A DNA stretch of 64,000 bases, taken from assembly GCA_030704615.1 (NCBI GenBank), contig CM060734.1, forward strand, positions 41,540,001 through 41,604,000. Reading direction: 5' to 3'. Position 1 is the stretch's first letter, and each line of letters opens with the position of its first letter. Made by a program: the position numbers and the translations under genes. Positions 12,868 to 26,000 of this stretch are shown piece by piece. The notes under the pieces are model-generated. The model saw only the letters and a program-made list of their open reading frames with translations, did not search any database and had not been told where the DNA came from. This DNA comes from Takakia lepidozioides (Eukaryota > Plantae > Bryophyta).

Positions 12868-15800
12868 CTATGTTACCCTTTCTGTCGGCATCACAGAAGG
12901 CCAAGGATGTGAAGACAGTTTACTAAAATGCTCTGGTCCTTCTCAGTCTGTATGGTGGAGACAGGTAGTTGCAAAGCGGGCCATGCAAGGAAAGTGGGCT
13001 TTGTACCAAAGCATGCTGTAGCCACATAGGACCCCGGAGTTAGGGGCCTCGGAGTTTGGAGTTTGATCGCACTATCGGACCACTGGGAAATTTGCTCCAG
13101 AAATTTGGTCAGACTTTAAGAGCTCCTAATGTATGGAGTATCTTTTTTTGGAGCGGTTTTATACGGGCCTTCTTGACTTGCCTGATTCTGGAGTTGGGTA
13201 AGGTTGGAATTCGGAAAGGAACTAATGAGTGGCATGGCAGTGCAGTGTGCACGTTTGGCAGAGAGGTGGAGGTAGACGCACATTCAGTCAACAAGCACCT
13301 AGCTGATTCTCCTATGGCCTTTTTGCTGAGTCTGAAATCGAGTACTCCCTCTCTATCAATTTCTTTGGAAGATGACTCTTGAGCCTCCAGGAATCAGCCC
13401 AACTTACCTTTGGTTTGGAGTGTTGCTCTTTTCACTCCACTTTTGGAGTTCTTGAAGATGTGCAAGTGTTGATTCACATCATGTTGGTGAATTCAGTAGG
13501 TTGAGAGCATGATGGCTCTTGATCAGTTCCCAATTTCTGTAACACTATTCAGAGGGAAACTCCCACAAATTGTGGCCCTCAAAACAAATATGAACTCTAG
13601 GCACATTGTTTCTCCTTTTTAGGGTCAACAATGGTTGGTCACTGTCGATGGAGGACTTTAAAATATCAAATGGCAACCTCCCATGTAAAATATGCATTTA
13701 CTCCAATCCCCCACACTCCCCAAACTCTATATACCCCGAAGCCGGCCAAGGAACATGTGGGTGGAGTCACCAGTGTTAACTTTTGTTGTGGAGTGTCTGA
13801 TCGATGATTGTAGCCCTCTTTTGCCCAAGCAGTTCCATGCTTCCGAGAGCCACACCACCAATCTGCTTAAAACTGCAAAGCAGTAAACATAAGCTGACAG
13901 TACCAGATTCGTCTAACGTTTCTTACTACATATCAATTTCTTCTCCGAAACAATGCGAGCGGTTTGAGGAGAACAGTGTCCTGTCTCGTGCATCCTGTGA
14001 AGCTCGGGAGTAGGAACTGATGAGTCGATCTTGGGTACTAAAGATTGCGTTGAATGGTCGTCACGCAGAGCTTTGAAGTATGTGTGAGTCGAGCCACAAT
14101 CATGAAGGCGATGTTGCCATGTCTTTATTTGGCATCGACAAATTTATGGAAGTCAATTTGACAAATGCCTGTACGGCTGTATGTTGTCGGGGAAGCCATG
14201 AAGCGCAGCACTGGAGTGGGTTGCGATATGACGCACGAACTGAACGTTGTAAGAAGTCAGAATCTGTGTTTTTCTATTCTCGTCGGCAACAGTTTTCCTC
14301 GTAATTTTTAATTCATACAATTTCAGCTCGCCAGACGAGAATAGAGAGTGGAGATGATCGAAAGATCCATGCATACTTCAGAAACAACACTTCTTTAACA
14401 ATAAAATTAGCCCACATAGTGGTCAAAGAACACATCGGATGGCGGACGGAATGTGACGCTTACATTCCCAGCAGTTCCATACTGGGGTGCATAATGGTGA
14501 CCTGCATGCCACAGCAGTGTTTTTATTTCTGGCGAAAGTGCACAGATGAGCAGGGCGAGCCCGAGCGAGGCAAGGCTGAGGAGAATTTGGAGTGCGTAAG
14601 GAACAATGGTTTTGTATCATTTGAATCTATGTAGCTCTACACCCATGTATAAATGCCTACAAGTAGTCACTCTTCATCCCTAAACTTTTGAAGATGGAAT
14701 CTGGCAGAGAGTATACAATCAGCAATCCAGCCCAACCCAAGTCTAGCCATCAGGATCTTAGACTAGCATGCTAATAATCTGGTCAAGTATGTTAATCTGG
14801 GAGGTGTGGGAATGGACTATCATTGCTTTCTTAATGTACTTATAAATCATTTGCATGTACCCAAGTTGGGCAGCTAAATATTCCCTTCACCAGGGGGAGT
14901 AGAACTCTACATATTACCTTATCAACATGGAGGGGGAATACCTCCTACTTGTAGCGAAGGGGAGAAGGAGGGCCAGTGCACACTTGGAGTCCAGAGGATC
15001 AGAATTACATACTAGAGATCAAACAGTCCCCAGTCAATGTTTAGGAAAGAGTAATTCGCAACCGATGGAGAGAATGGGGCAAACACCAGTTGGACCACAA
15101 ACTGCAACCACAGAATAACGGTGTAACGAGTCTCGGGAGGGTGATAGAGGTTCAGTCTGAAGGCACAAGGGACTTCAACAGATATGGAGCTGCTAAGATG
15201 CACCTCTGTCCTACCCTGCTACGTTCTGAGGCTCACAAGGAGGTTCCCATAGCCGAGCCACTATAAACATGGGAGCGCCTGTGTCTACAACCCCACAACC
15301 TTGCCACCTGAATTCACTCGGCCAGGTAGTTCGAAGTCCTGGGCACAATACATACATCCAAAGAGACTCTCATGACTTGTGAACACATTTGCTGTATCTT
15401 TCTCAGTTATATGTAGGTAACACAAGAAAGGGACCAGACTTCATATTAAACCTTATAAAACAATTTTCCCAGGATTGCCGCGAAAACTACAGCTGCAAGG
15501 ACCCCCCAGCCACTCCAGAGTTAATCACCTGCTGAGTACATCCAAAAGCCTCTTGACCTCTTCTGGCACAATCAGGCGTCAACCTGTATCCTTTGTTAAG
15601 GTGATGCAAGGATTTCAAACCCCATAACTTGAGCATTTTCTTATCAGGTAACAGTAGCTCTTTTCACCAGTAATCCCCCACAAGAACACACCCCATCTTG
15701 GAAGTGATTAACACGTTTGGCATCTCGTACAACAACTACTCGACCGACACTATCTCAGATAAATTTGGCGGCTGTGTGGCAGTCTTTACAGTGAAACTCA

Positions 15801-15922
15801 TTATGTACCTCAAAGCCCTTAGATATTTCCAATAAAATCTCCCAGAAGACAGGCTTGTTTTAGATATAATGAGTTCGACCAGTACTCTGTTGTCATCCAG
15901 GTGGAGAAAAGATGTACCAATT

Positions 15923-17450
15923 CTATTTATTTGAGTGACCTTGACCATCACAACAATACTCGTTGCAACCACGGCCTGGAGCTCTACGGTATACATCGAC
16001 ATTAGAACCATCACCTACATTGCGCTTGACCTTGTATCATGCCTGATAAGCTCTGCTTTCACCCAGGGAGGGTTTGACCAGCCCTCAATCCAAAACACTC
16101 CTTTGTGCGCTTAGGTCTCAAGTCTGGTGACCTTGGACTTTTCTGGGGAAAAAATAGTGTTGCACCTCAGCAGGCATAGTTTAAACTAGTTCCCACCGCA
16201 AACACTCAAATAGACTTCATATTGTATCAACTTACCTGAGCAACAGCAAGGACCATTCACTAGTGAGGCAACTGCAGATTCAATTCAGTCCACAAATCTT
16301 TCTTACACCAGATTCAGCCATAACCAGATTAACAAAACCTTTCCCGTCCTAAATGAAATAGCCGCACCTTATTAACCCTGTTGTTCCACCACTGAGAAGG
16401 GTTTGAGAAGAAATCCTGCCAGAGATGTTCTCTGCTCAATTTTTGACATGCGAGAAAGAAATGCAAAACATGAGAGGTTTCCACTGTGTCCCATCTGGGC
16501 TTCCTCTGGACATAATCAATTTATCTCCTTTTCTTCTCTCTCGGATCAGTAAACATCCCCATGTGTGACTGGCTTGCACTCACACTTGCATGCGCCACAT
16601 CTGTATCACAGAAGCAGCGCTTGAATCGGCACCCTGTCTTCTAGCCTGAACTATACACCAGCAATTACACCAACAGTCAATACCCTTTAAGCTGGGATTG
16701 CAGTGGTTGTGAACAAGCACCATAACCTTTGAGGGCTGAGTTTCAGTACAGCAACGCGTAGACACCCCACAACTGGCCTGGGGAATCCTATCCAAGGATG
16801 ATTAGGCCCTCACAGTTGTGCCATTTCGAATGGGACAGTCAGTGAGTGCATCTCTCTCTGCCTTTTGTCCCTCACTCCCTTGTGTGACTGGCTATTGTTG
16901 TGCTCCTTTCGAACCCAAAGAAAGTATGTCCCATACTTATTAACCAGCCCTCCAAACTTAATATTATACCACCTCTCAAATTTACTGCGGAATGCCCGTG
17001 GGCTAGCGCAAGCCATATCATAACTCTCAAAACTTTTCAAAAAGCAGGGTTCCCACAGGAAACCCTGGTGCAATGCAACTACGCAAGCATCTCCCCATCT
17101 CATGCAATAAGCGGAAGAGGACAAATACATCTAAATTTCAGCTCTTTCGCCAGATATGGAAGCAGGACAAGGTTGCCAAAATTACAGAAGGGTTAGGGCC
17201 TGTTGAGTCATCCTTATCATCGTGAGGATTTCAACATTTTCCATCCTACAAAACTACGTCACCAAAAACAGAATCAGACAAAATGAGATACAAAAATTAC
17301 GCGAGCAAGGGGATTTAGCTAGCGGGTTCAATTAGAGAGAAAAAAACCTCCAACATCCCAACGAACGCAGTTGAAAGACCCAAAGTATGCAAACATTTAG
17401 TTCTTACCTTCCTGCGCTGCCCCTGCAGGCTGAGGAGGCACGACAGCCAT
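15923..17450 (-). CDS. Putative 56-aa Cys-rich microprotein; exons 17450-17408, 16271-16236, 16014-15923
   Basis: Donors GAAG|GTAAGA and TCAG|GTAAGT, acceptors CTGCAG| and TGTAG|; all junctions are phase 1. Spliced product: MAVVPPQPAGAAQEVASLVNGPCCCSGDGSNVDVYRRAPGRGCNEYCCDGQGHSNK*. A telo-box lies upstream. Confidence 0.6.
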
Positions 17451-17627
17451 TACCGGTAAGACTCTGGACTCCAAAACCCCCAAGTGTCGGCTCCGATACC
17501 TATGTCGGCTCCACAGTCACGCCCTTCAATCTGCTGCATGATATGAAGCTTCCCTCCCCTTCCCCGCAGGGAGAGCAACGGCCAACGCCATCCCTGCGAA
17601 CTTGTACCAACAAGGAGAGCTGCTCAT

Positions 17628-17731
17628 AAACCCTAAAAGCCCGTAGGCTTGTTAACTCCCATTAACCCCCCTATGAAAGCGCCCAAGCCAGTAGCTGGTT
17701 AACCCTTAGCCGCGGTTAACTCAAGGTAAGA
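17628..17731. promoter_or_regulatory. Compact putative bidirectional promoter with telo-box
   Basis: AAACCCTA at 17628-17635 and site-II-like GCCC motifs. A plus-strand donor AAG|GTAAGA at 17726 is likely a 5'-UTR intron of the GT47 gene. The region lies between two divergent genes. Confidence 0.45.
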
Positions 17732-17992
17732 ATCTTTAAAATGTTCTGTTTGGGAGTAGATACTATATACATCGACCTTTTCTTGCACTCTTGCACTAAA
17801 GTGGGATAAACGCAAGAGGATCCTTGCTCTCTCTCCAACTACAGACAGATCAGGAACGATGCTCATCTTACCAATTCATGATCCGTTCTCAGCATTCAAT
17901 TTGTCATCGGAGACCTCGCCAATTCCCGACAACGGCATGTGACTACGAAGAATTGAATATTGTATGTATACCAGAGAGGAGCTCTGATATCG

Positions 17993-20755
17993 ATGCCACG
18001 ACACTTGAGCATCCGGAAGGAGCAATTGCGTAGGAACAGGCGTTCTTCTTCACATTTCTTTTCGAGGATCAACAAATTACGTTTCAAAACTTTGGAGAAG
18101 TGGCACAAGTTCTGGTTAGTGGTTGCTACTTTCTTGTTCATCCTCTCCATATCTTTTTATGCAATCCCCGGCGCACTGGAATCGGCACTGGAGAAAGAAT
18201 CACCTAGTAAAACTTCAAAGTCGGCAGATGCATTCGAAAGAGTGAAACTAAGAGAAGCATGGGAGCCTTCAGTTTTCGGACGATTGGTTTCCGGTTGGGC
18301 CTTGGAAGTCGAAAAGGGTGTAAGCAAAACCAATGATGTGAGGGTGAGCAACAATTGGCTATCGCGAGAAAATTCAAGCAGTGGTGACCTTGATTCAGGT
18401 AAATTTCTTCTCCAGGAGTTGTACCTGATCAGTTTGTTTCTACCAGTCACTTCTTTTAACTCCAATTAACGGGATAATATTATCCGAGAGAGTGAGTCGG
18501 GGGAGAAGAAAGCAGAGAGCTGCGGAAAACTATGGACTGTCACAGCAAGTGAGATCGTTCACACGGACGACTTGTGGATATCGGAATTCAAGGTCGCAAA
18601 TTTTGCTTTGAGTCTAATCGAAATAAGCTGCGGTTGGAAACAGTTTCTTTGTCGATACGTGACTCAGTTGTTTACAATGGATTCGTCGACCCATCTTTGA
18701 CGTGAGTACCTTATGAAGGACTATGATTCCTCTCTTTTGACAATAATTGGTCTTTCCTTCATTGAACTTCGTTGGACAATTCGTGTTGCAGGTTTGAATG
18801 GTCCAAATCCTTTGCAATTGGCAGTTGGAATTAAAATCTACATATATGAGCTGCCATCGAAGTTCAATCAAGACTGGCTGGTCAATGCGCGATGCAGCAA
18901 TCAACTGTTTGCTGCTGAGGTAGCCATTCATCGGATTCTGATAACAAGCCCCCTTCGAACACTGGATCCACATAAAGCCGACTATTTTTTCCTTCCTGTA
19001 TATGTGTCCTGTAATTTCAGCCCCAAGACAGGGTTCCCATCTTTGACTCATGCGCGCACAACTCTACAAACAGCTGTCAATCTGGTCGCCTCGGAGATGC
19101 CTTATTGGAACAGAAGCGAAGGGAGGGACCATATTTTTGTTGCAACGCATGACTATGGTGCTTGCTTCCATTCCCTGGTAAGGTTTGCAACAGACATTTA
19201 AAGCATTCTTTTCCGAGGGATGATGTTTGAAAGTTGTAGAAGGCTCGAATTTGTTAAATTCGTTTTCCTCGCTACATTTGTGATGTACACATCGTCGACT
19301 GGCTGTACTTCATCTACTGGAAGTGAGGCAAATCATTTAGAGCACCAGTTGTTTGCAATCAAGTGGAACAGAACCAGATTGATACTTGATTGCTCCCATA
19401 ATCCCTTATACGTTCTATGAATGTCAAGATTTCTCTCACACTTAGTAATTGAAACCCTGTGGAATAGTAAGGGAGGGGGATGGCTCTTGAGCACAGCAAG
19501 AAGTGCTTGTTCTTGAAGCTCGTTAGCATGCAGAGAAAGCACTTGAAATTTTTCTGACTGATGTACGGTCAATAAACGATCCTCAGTATTATGTAAACCT
19601 GTTTCGCAACATCTCCTGCCGTCAATGAGATGCATTTTCTTTGTTGCTTGCAGGAGGATCTGGCTATAGCTGCAGGGATTCCGAAATTCATGCGAAACTC
19701 CATTATATTGCAAACTTTTGGAAAGAAGAATAGGCATCCATGTCAGAAAGCAGAGAACATACAAATACCTCCCTACATTTCGCCCTCAGCTGCGGCACCT
19801 TACCTGCTCCCACCAGAGCAACAACGACGTGATATTTGGGCCTATTTTCGGGGGAAAATGGAGATCCACCCGACGAACAGAAGTGGTCGAATCTATAGCA
19901 GGCTTGTACCATGTCTTATCTTGGGGATCTTGTTAGGACAAGTTTGATTCGCTTGACAACGTGCCTATGTAGTCCGACAATATTCGTGACAAGCACAGCT
20001 GTAGAGCCTGTGCTGATATTCCCTTACCTCTTCCTACTAGTCAAACCTCTTTCTCCCTCCTCTCTCCTCAAAGGAAGACTGCACGGTCTAAGAGCATAAG
20101 AATTGATTTCGCATGTGAAATTTTACCGAGTGCTTCGTCTGTGCATCACTAGTATTCCTAGGGTCGCCAGATAGTCTTGATTATAAGAGAAGTTTCTGTT
20201 CTTTGGAGAAACCTCGCCTCTTTACTAATGTAGATTGACAATTCACACCCCGACACTAACTCGATATTTTGACACAAATGCGTGACATGTTTATCCAGGG
20301 GTGTGCGCTCAATCATATGGCACAGATACGCCCGCAACAAGCGATTCTACTTGAAGCGTCACAGATCCGAAGCTTACCAATCGGAGATACTTCGGTCGAT
20401 TTTCTGTCTCTGCCCCCTTGGATGGGCTCCATGGAGTCCCCGCATAGTTGAGTCAGTACTCTTCGGGTGTGTGCCTGTTATCATAGCGGATAATATAGCA
20501 TTACCATATTCCCATGCAATCAAATGGGAAAACATCTCGCTCACAGTGCCAGAGAGAGACGTTCACAAATTAGAAAGAATTCTTGCTAATGTTGCTGCCA
20601 CCAATCTCAGCGCCATTCAAACCAACCTTTGGAGAGAAGAGAACAGACGTACACTGCTATACACTGAGCCCCTTATCCTGGGTGATGCAACCTGGCATAT
20701 TTTAAATCTTCTGTCAAAGAAATTAGCGAGTATTTATAGAAGGAATCCCTTATAG
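17993..20755 (+). CDS. GT47 exostosin-family glycosyltransferase, IRX7/FRA8/F8H-like; exons 17993-18398, 18792-19177, 19654-19901, 20299-20755; ~498 aa
   Basis: Type II TM anchor (FWLVVATFLFILSISFYAI). Motifs KIYIYELPSKFN, LFAAEVAIHR, RTLDPHKADYFFLPVYVSCNFS, GRDHIFVATHDYGACFH, FRGKMEIHP and FCLCPLGWAPWSPRIVESVLFGCVPVIIAD. Exons total 1497 nt, in frame if intron 3 is GC-AG. Confidence 0.92.
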
Positions 20756-21476
20756 GCAGCCCAGTTATGAACCATTTGTAGACAGTAGGAGAATTTACTC
20801 TTCTTTCACAGAATAGGATAACAAGGTGGGGTTCATCATGTAATATAAGCTCTTCCCCCGTCCGTGCAAGTTGAAATATAAAACGGATGGTTGGCCGTCT
20901 TTCAGACTTGAGAGCCTGTTGTTCGAGGAGGATAAGTCCGACGCTGGTCAAGTAACACTTATGTAACATCGGGTCCACCAAATGCCCAACTCCTCTTCGA
21001 ATACGGACGACCAATTTTCCGCTTAAACATGATAGCAGTATGAAAACCAAGTTGTAGCCCAGTGGTAGTGACACCTCGGAAGTGGTAGTAGGTTCTATCC
21101 ACTGATTGGTGTAAGACAAGTGTCCACCTTCCCCCGGGAAGGTGGTAGCCCGTCAACTGAGTAGAGATGACAAAGATCTTCTATATTGCTAATTCAACGC
21201 AAAACGCCTCTTGCAGATTGTCATTTCAGGTCAAATATATAGACCATATTCATTTGTCAGGATGGATTTTAGTGATATCAAGTCTACAAACGACATGATT
21301 CTGTGAATGCAATCTAAATAGGAGTGCAGGGACGGATGATGGGATGTGCTGCTCTACCTTCTACTTAGACAGAACTATGGAACATACTCAAAATCATGAA
21401 CAGAAAACTAAAGCCATTTAAAAAGGAGAATGATAGAGTAAAAAGAAGAGAGAGAGATGGCTCCGGCCATAGCCGG

Positions 21477-21546
21477 CATCGCTAAGACCACTTCACCTTC
21501 ACCTTGTGCGCCATCGCTAAGACCACTTCACCTTCACCTTGTGCGC
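21477..21546 (+). repeat. Perfect 35-bp tandem duplication
   Basis: CATCGCTAAGACCACTTCACCTTCACCTTGTGCGC x2. Confidence 0.95.
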
Positions 21547-22364
21547 TACCGCCCCTAAGAATGTAAGAATTTAATATAATTTTCAAAAGAAAAAACAAAC
21601 AGACCACTTTACCTTGCAGGCTACTGCCCCTAAGATCGGAAGAACTTCATATAACTTTTTTAAGGAAAAAACAGACAAACAAATATAAGAACTTAATGCA
21701 CCCGTTCGATCTTTACTGCCGGTTACAGACATGATACAGACTGGGACACAAATTGAATGGGGTGACATCATCCGGTGTCCCCAGCCTAGTTCAGCCTGGT
21801 CTCATACATTAAGGTCTGCGGGCTGGTGATTATACAAAGCTTGTTTAACATCCAGTGAAATTACCGAGTCTACTGCTCAATCACAACATATGGTTTTTTC
21901 AAAGGCCCCAATGGTATGCCTCAAGGGTTCACAAATTTTTTATTTTTTTTGCTCCCTTCATTTGAGTAAAACGGGGCCTCTGTCCCCTTTCTTGAAAGAG
22001 GAGGGAAGGAAAACTACAACAAAACAGCCTATGGAACGGGCAAATAGACAGTTCAACTGAGTGAGAAAATACGATCAGGTAAGACTACGCCCCTGCAGTG
22101 CAGCAGTTATCTAACGGCCATCATCCAGAAAGAGTTTATACAGAGTACAACATCATTCGGCTTTGAGGTCAACACTAATTGTAGAACTTCACAAAGTTTA
22201 CTGATTCTCAAATGCAAGGAAATAAGATGAAGTTCGTTCCAGCACCCCACAATTTACAGATCAGAGAAGGAAGAAACTTCAACCATCCACAGGATGCTCA
22301 AAGCACCTATTGGAGAGAAGAAAAGAAACAGAAGAGAAAATTGGATTTCCCAGCAACCAGACAG

Positions 22365-22510
22365 AATGTACTCATAAGACGTTGTTTGTCGTAGCCTTGC
22401 GGCCATTGACCCCGCACCCAGTTTGAGTGGAACACAAAGGGACAGAAACTATCTTTATCAGGGGCTGATGCCGGTAGTATGACTTACCTTGGAACAGACA
22501 ATTGATCCGA
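22365..22510 (-). mobile_element. LINE family B 3' end
   Basis: Near-identical to 37540-37692. Confidence 0.6.
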
Positions 22511-23094
22511 GTTTACAGACCAGACAGACAGAGATAGAGACAAAGAGTGAATATGTATGGTTGCAGACAACGATGGTGTAGAACCAGACCAAGAAAAATT
22601 GGGTTGGATCAACCCAGTTTCCTTGGTAAAAGATGAACTGAGATTTACTTCCAACTACTTGAAAGCCACCTGTTGACCATAATTCCCAAATAATGCTATC
22701 GTACATGTTAGTCAAAAACTATTTTTCTTTTACTGAAGGCCACCGACTCATTCTATGACCTCGTGTCGTCTTGGATTCAAAATCTCCTTATGGTTTCCTA
22801 TTAACAAGAAGGACCCTGGCTGAGGTGACTTGTAGACCCTCCTTGACTCTTCATGGCCCTGACTTTTAAAGCCACTAATGGTCTGTTCAGACCAATTTTG
22901 ATCCCTTAAATCTTCCCCTGCAGACCCAGAAACCTTAGACACCCACTTTTGAGAGCCCATGGCCCTCCATCTAATGTAAGGCTTCAAGTCCTTATGTCAT
23001 GTTGCAGCAAAAAGGAGCAGGACATGGTGAAAGTAGCTAACATTGCCTTGTACGGTGAGTAGACACAAAAGATGGCATGAGAATGGGGCATGTA

Positions 23095-26000
23095 TCAGGC
23101 CTTCAAAGATATTGCAGCATCCACTTTGATACGGTTCAGCCTGACTGTACCCAGAAGATACTCTGGCAGCTCACGTTCTGCCTTGGCCTGCAAAATTGCT
23201 CCAATGATAAGTTCTCCTGCTCTGAAAATATTTCAGAGCAAACCGCCTCTTCCCTCCATGAAATATGCACCATTAGCATATAACTATGTGGAAGAGTAGA
23301 AAGAAAGCAGAAATGAAAGGAAATATCCTATGCATACCAAGAGGTGGGAGAAATGAAATGGTGCTTTATAACGTTTCGTGAGAAAGAAATGAAATGAAGA
23401 GGAACTTCATAACGTCTGCAGAAAGCTCAAAGAGCTTATGGGACATAAGGAAAGCAAGAAACAAGAAAGAATAAAAGACAGAGCGAAGCCAGAAGCAGCC
23501 CAAAAGCAACTACTGCCCAAGGGATAGTCTAAGGGTCAAAGCTTCATGCAGAAAAGCTGCCAAGCATTTCTGATCCCCATAATGGAAGACTTCAGTGAGA
23601 GATTGCGTGTCAGGGAACAGACAGTGGAATCTGCGACAGGTCTCATAGTAAAGAGGGCAGCAAAAGAAGAAGTGCTCTTCAGTTGGGCCCAGTGCAAGCT
23701 GGGCATAGGCTGTCTTCTTGTTGCAAGTTTTCCCATCTACCAGTCTCTATCCGTAAATTGTGGAGCCCACCCTGAATCGCGGGTGCAGACAAGTAATTAG
23801 GCCGCAAGATTCTATCATCACGGAGAACTAAGACTATCTCTTGGTAGAAATGGAGTTTGGTTGTTAGAGTGGCCGGCCTCCATGTTCGCCTGACATGGAG
23901 TTCCATTACTTCTCTTCTAATGAGTCTATTGCGATTGTGTTTGGACGTGATCTCCACCCCTTCTGTATTTTGTGGCAATAGGGAAGAAACAGATTGTCCA
24001 TTGCCCTCAAAAAAATCCACACCCGAGCATACCAAGAAGGTTTGAAACCTGCTGTATGGAGCCTGAAAGATGTTCTGAGAGCCCTTGCTGTGAGCCCTGT
24101 GGGGTTCAGGGCTTGTAACCTTTTAAGAAAGATTGTAAGCCGGAAGAGGGCCTCGGTTTGAAGGGGCAAGAAATGCAATGAAATGGTACTTTACAACATC
24201 CGCGGTTTGTCATGTCACACTTTTACACTGGCAAATGCGGATGCCCCTTCCTGCAACAACTCATGAGGCAGGTGTGTTCCCAGCTAAGGGGCAAAAAGCA
24301 AGAAATAAACTACGGCTGTAGACAAAGTGCCTCAGGCAAGTGTCGCATGAGAGAGATGTCACAGAACTTTGGCTCCTTGAATGTCCTTTTATCAAGATTT
24401 CCGGTGGACAAAGTTTGAACTTGGGTGCCTCCCCTTTAAATTGCAAAATAGAAAAGGGATAATAAAGTCAGAATTGTACCTCAATCAAAATTGCAAGATC
24501 AACAACAATGCTCGTGACATAACCCAGAACCAAACCAATGACGGTTCGTGCAACGGATGATGACCCTATGTCCACGTCAATCTGAACCACACAGGAAAAG
24601 CCAACAGAGCTTAGTAGTGGAAGTGTCAGAGTGTGACATTACCTGTGGGCAAGCAATATCATTCGAGTCACACATGTGGAGCGTGCAAGTATTTCTGTAG
24701 AACAGCAAACTGTATGCATCAGCCTGTTCACAACAAACCACTTCCATCAACAAATAGCTTTGCGTTGCTCTCTGTGAGAAATGAAATGAAGTGAATTGTA
24801 CATTTTATAATGTCCATGGAAAGCTCAAAGAGCTTATGGGACAAAAGGGAAAAACAAGAAAGAAGAGAAAACCACAACCAAAAGCATCCCAAAAGTAACT
24901 ACTGCTCAAGGAATTGCATAAGGGTGAAGACCTCTTGCAGATGACCTGCTGAGCATTTCTGACAGAGAGGTCTGAGAAGCACCAGCACTCACTCCCTTTG
25001 TTCAGTGAAGGATTCAACAACAGTTTTAACAATCTCCAGCAGACATAATAGAATCCCTTCGCCACTCACTTCTCAGGTCTCTTCTCAGTTCATGGTGACT
25101 GGTAGGTGAAATAACAGCCAAATGCTACATGAGAATTTAAAATACTCTAATCGTCTGTGTGAGCATTATGCCATTTCACTGTAGTTCCTTAACCCCATGA
25201 CAAGCTACCTAGGGTTGCTAGCTGATGGGACTCAGCCCTCAAAGATACGTCACAGCCAACAGACCTATGTGACAGTTAGTAAGTACATCTCTTTCTCCCT
25301 ATTGTTGTTATATAGTTTTTATTCTTGGCTCTGGTTTTGTTTCCTCTCTCATGTTTTCTCCATTTTGTCCCATATGCTCTATGAGCTTTCCGCGTACGTT
25401 ATAAAGCACCATTTCATTTCATTTCCATATTGTTGTTCTACCACGGGACCTCTAAGCCTCCCATGGACTGGTAAGAAAATCCTTCTACTTTCTTGTGGGT
25501 GTTCAGGCTTTCGAGCTTTCTGCGGACGTTACAAAGACACATTATTTCGTTCGTTCTTTTTCTCTTGTAGTTGCTTTTGGGCTCCTTGTGGGGGTCCCTG
25601 TCCCTTTCTTGTTTCTTTTCTCCCATAAGCTCTTTGAGCTTTCCGCGGACATTATAAAGTACCATTTTATTTCATCTCTGTCTCTTGCCCCACAAGCTCT
25701 TTGAGCTTTCTGTGGACGTTATAAAGTACCATTTCATCTCATTTCATTTCTCTTCGTTCGGTCAATAAGCCCTTCGGGCCTGCTGTGGACAGAATAGATT
25801 TCTGTCTTCAGTCTCTCTATGGGGACTGCGATTTCTTTTCCTACTGTCCTACATACCATGAGATCTGAGGCAGATATTATGTCACTTCAGAATTTCCCAG
25901 GCTGCCAGCTTTGATGACTGGAAGTGCCAGGCAGCTTGCCTGCATGAGGCACTTCGAATGTGGGCATTGTTTGATCCCTTTTAAAGTGGTTTCTCGTTGT

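Noticed and set aside
14015-14060. Hammerhead ribozyme core (CTGATGAG)
   Set aside because: No correctly placed GAAA or stem II/III pairing.
17450-17627. Selenoprotein or UGA read-through extension of the microprotein
   Set aside because: Land plants lack the Sec machinery and no SECIS is evident. A uORF is the simpler reading.
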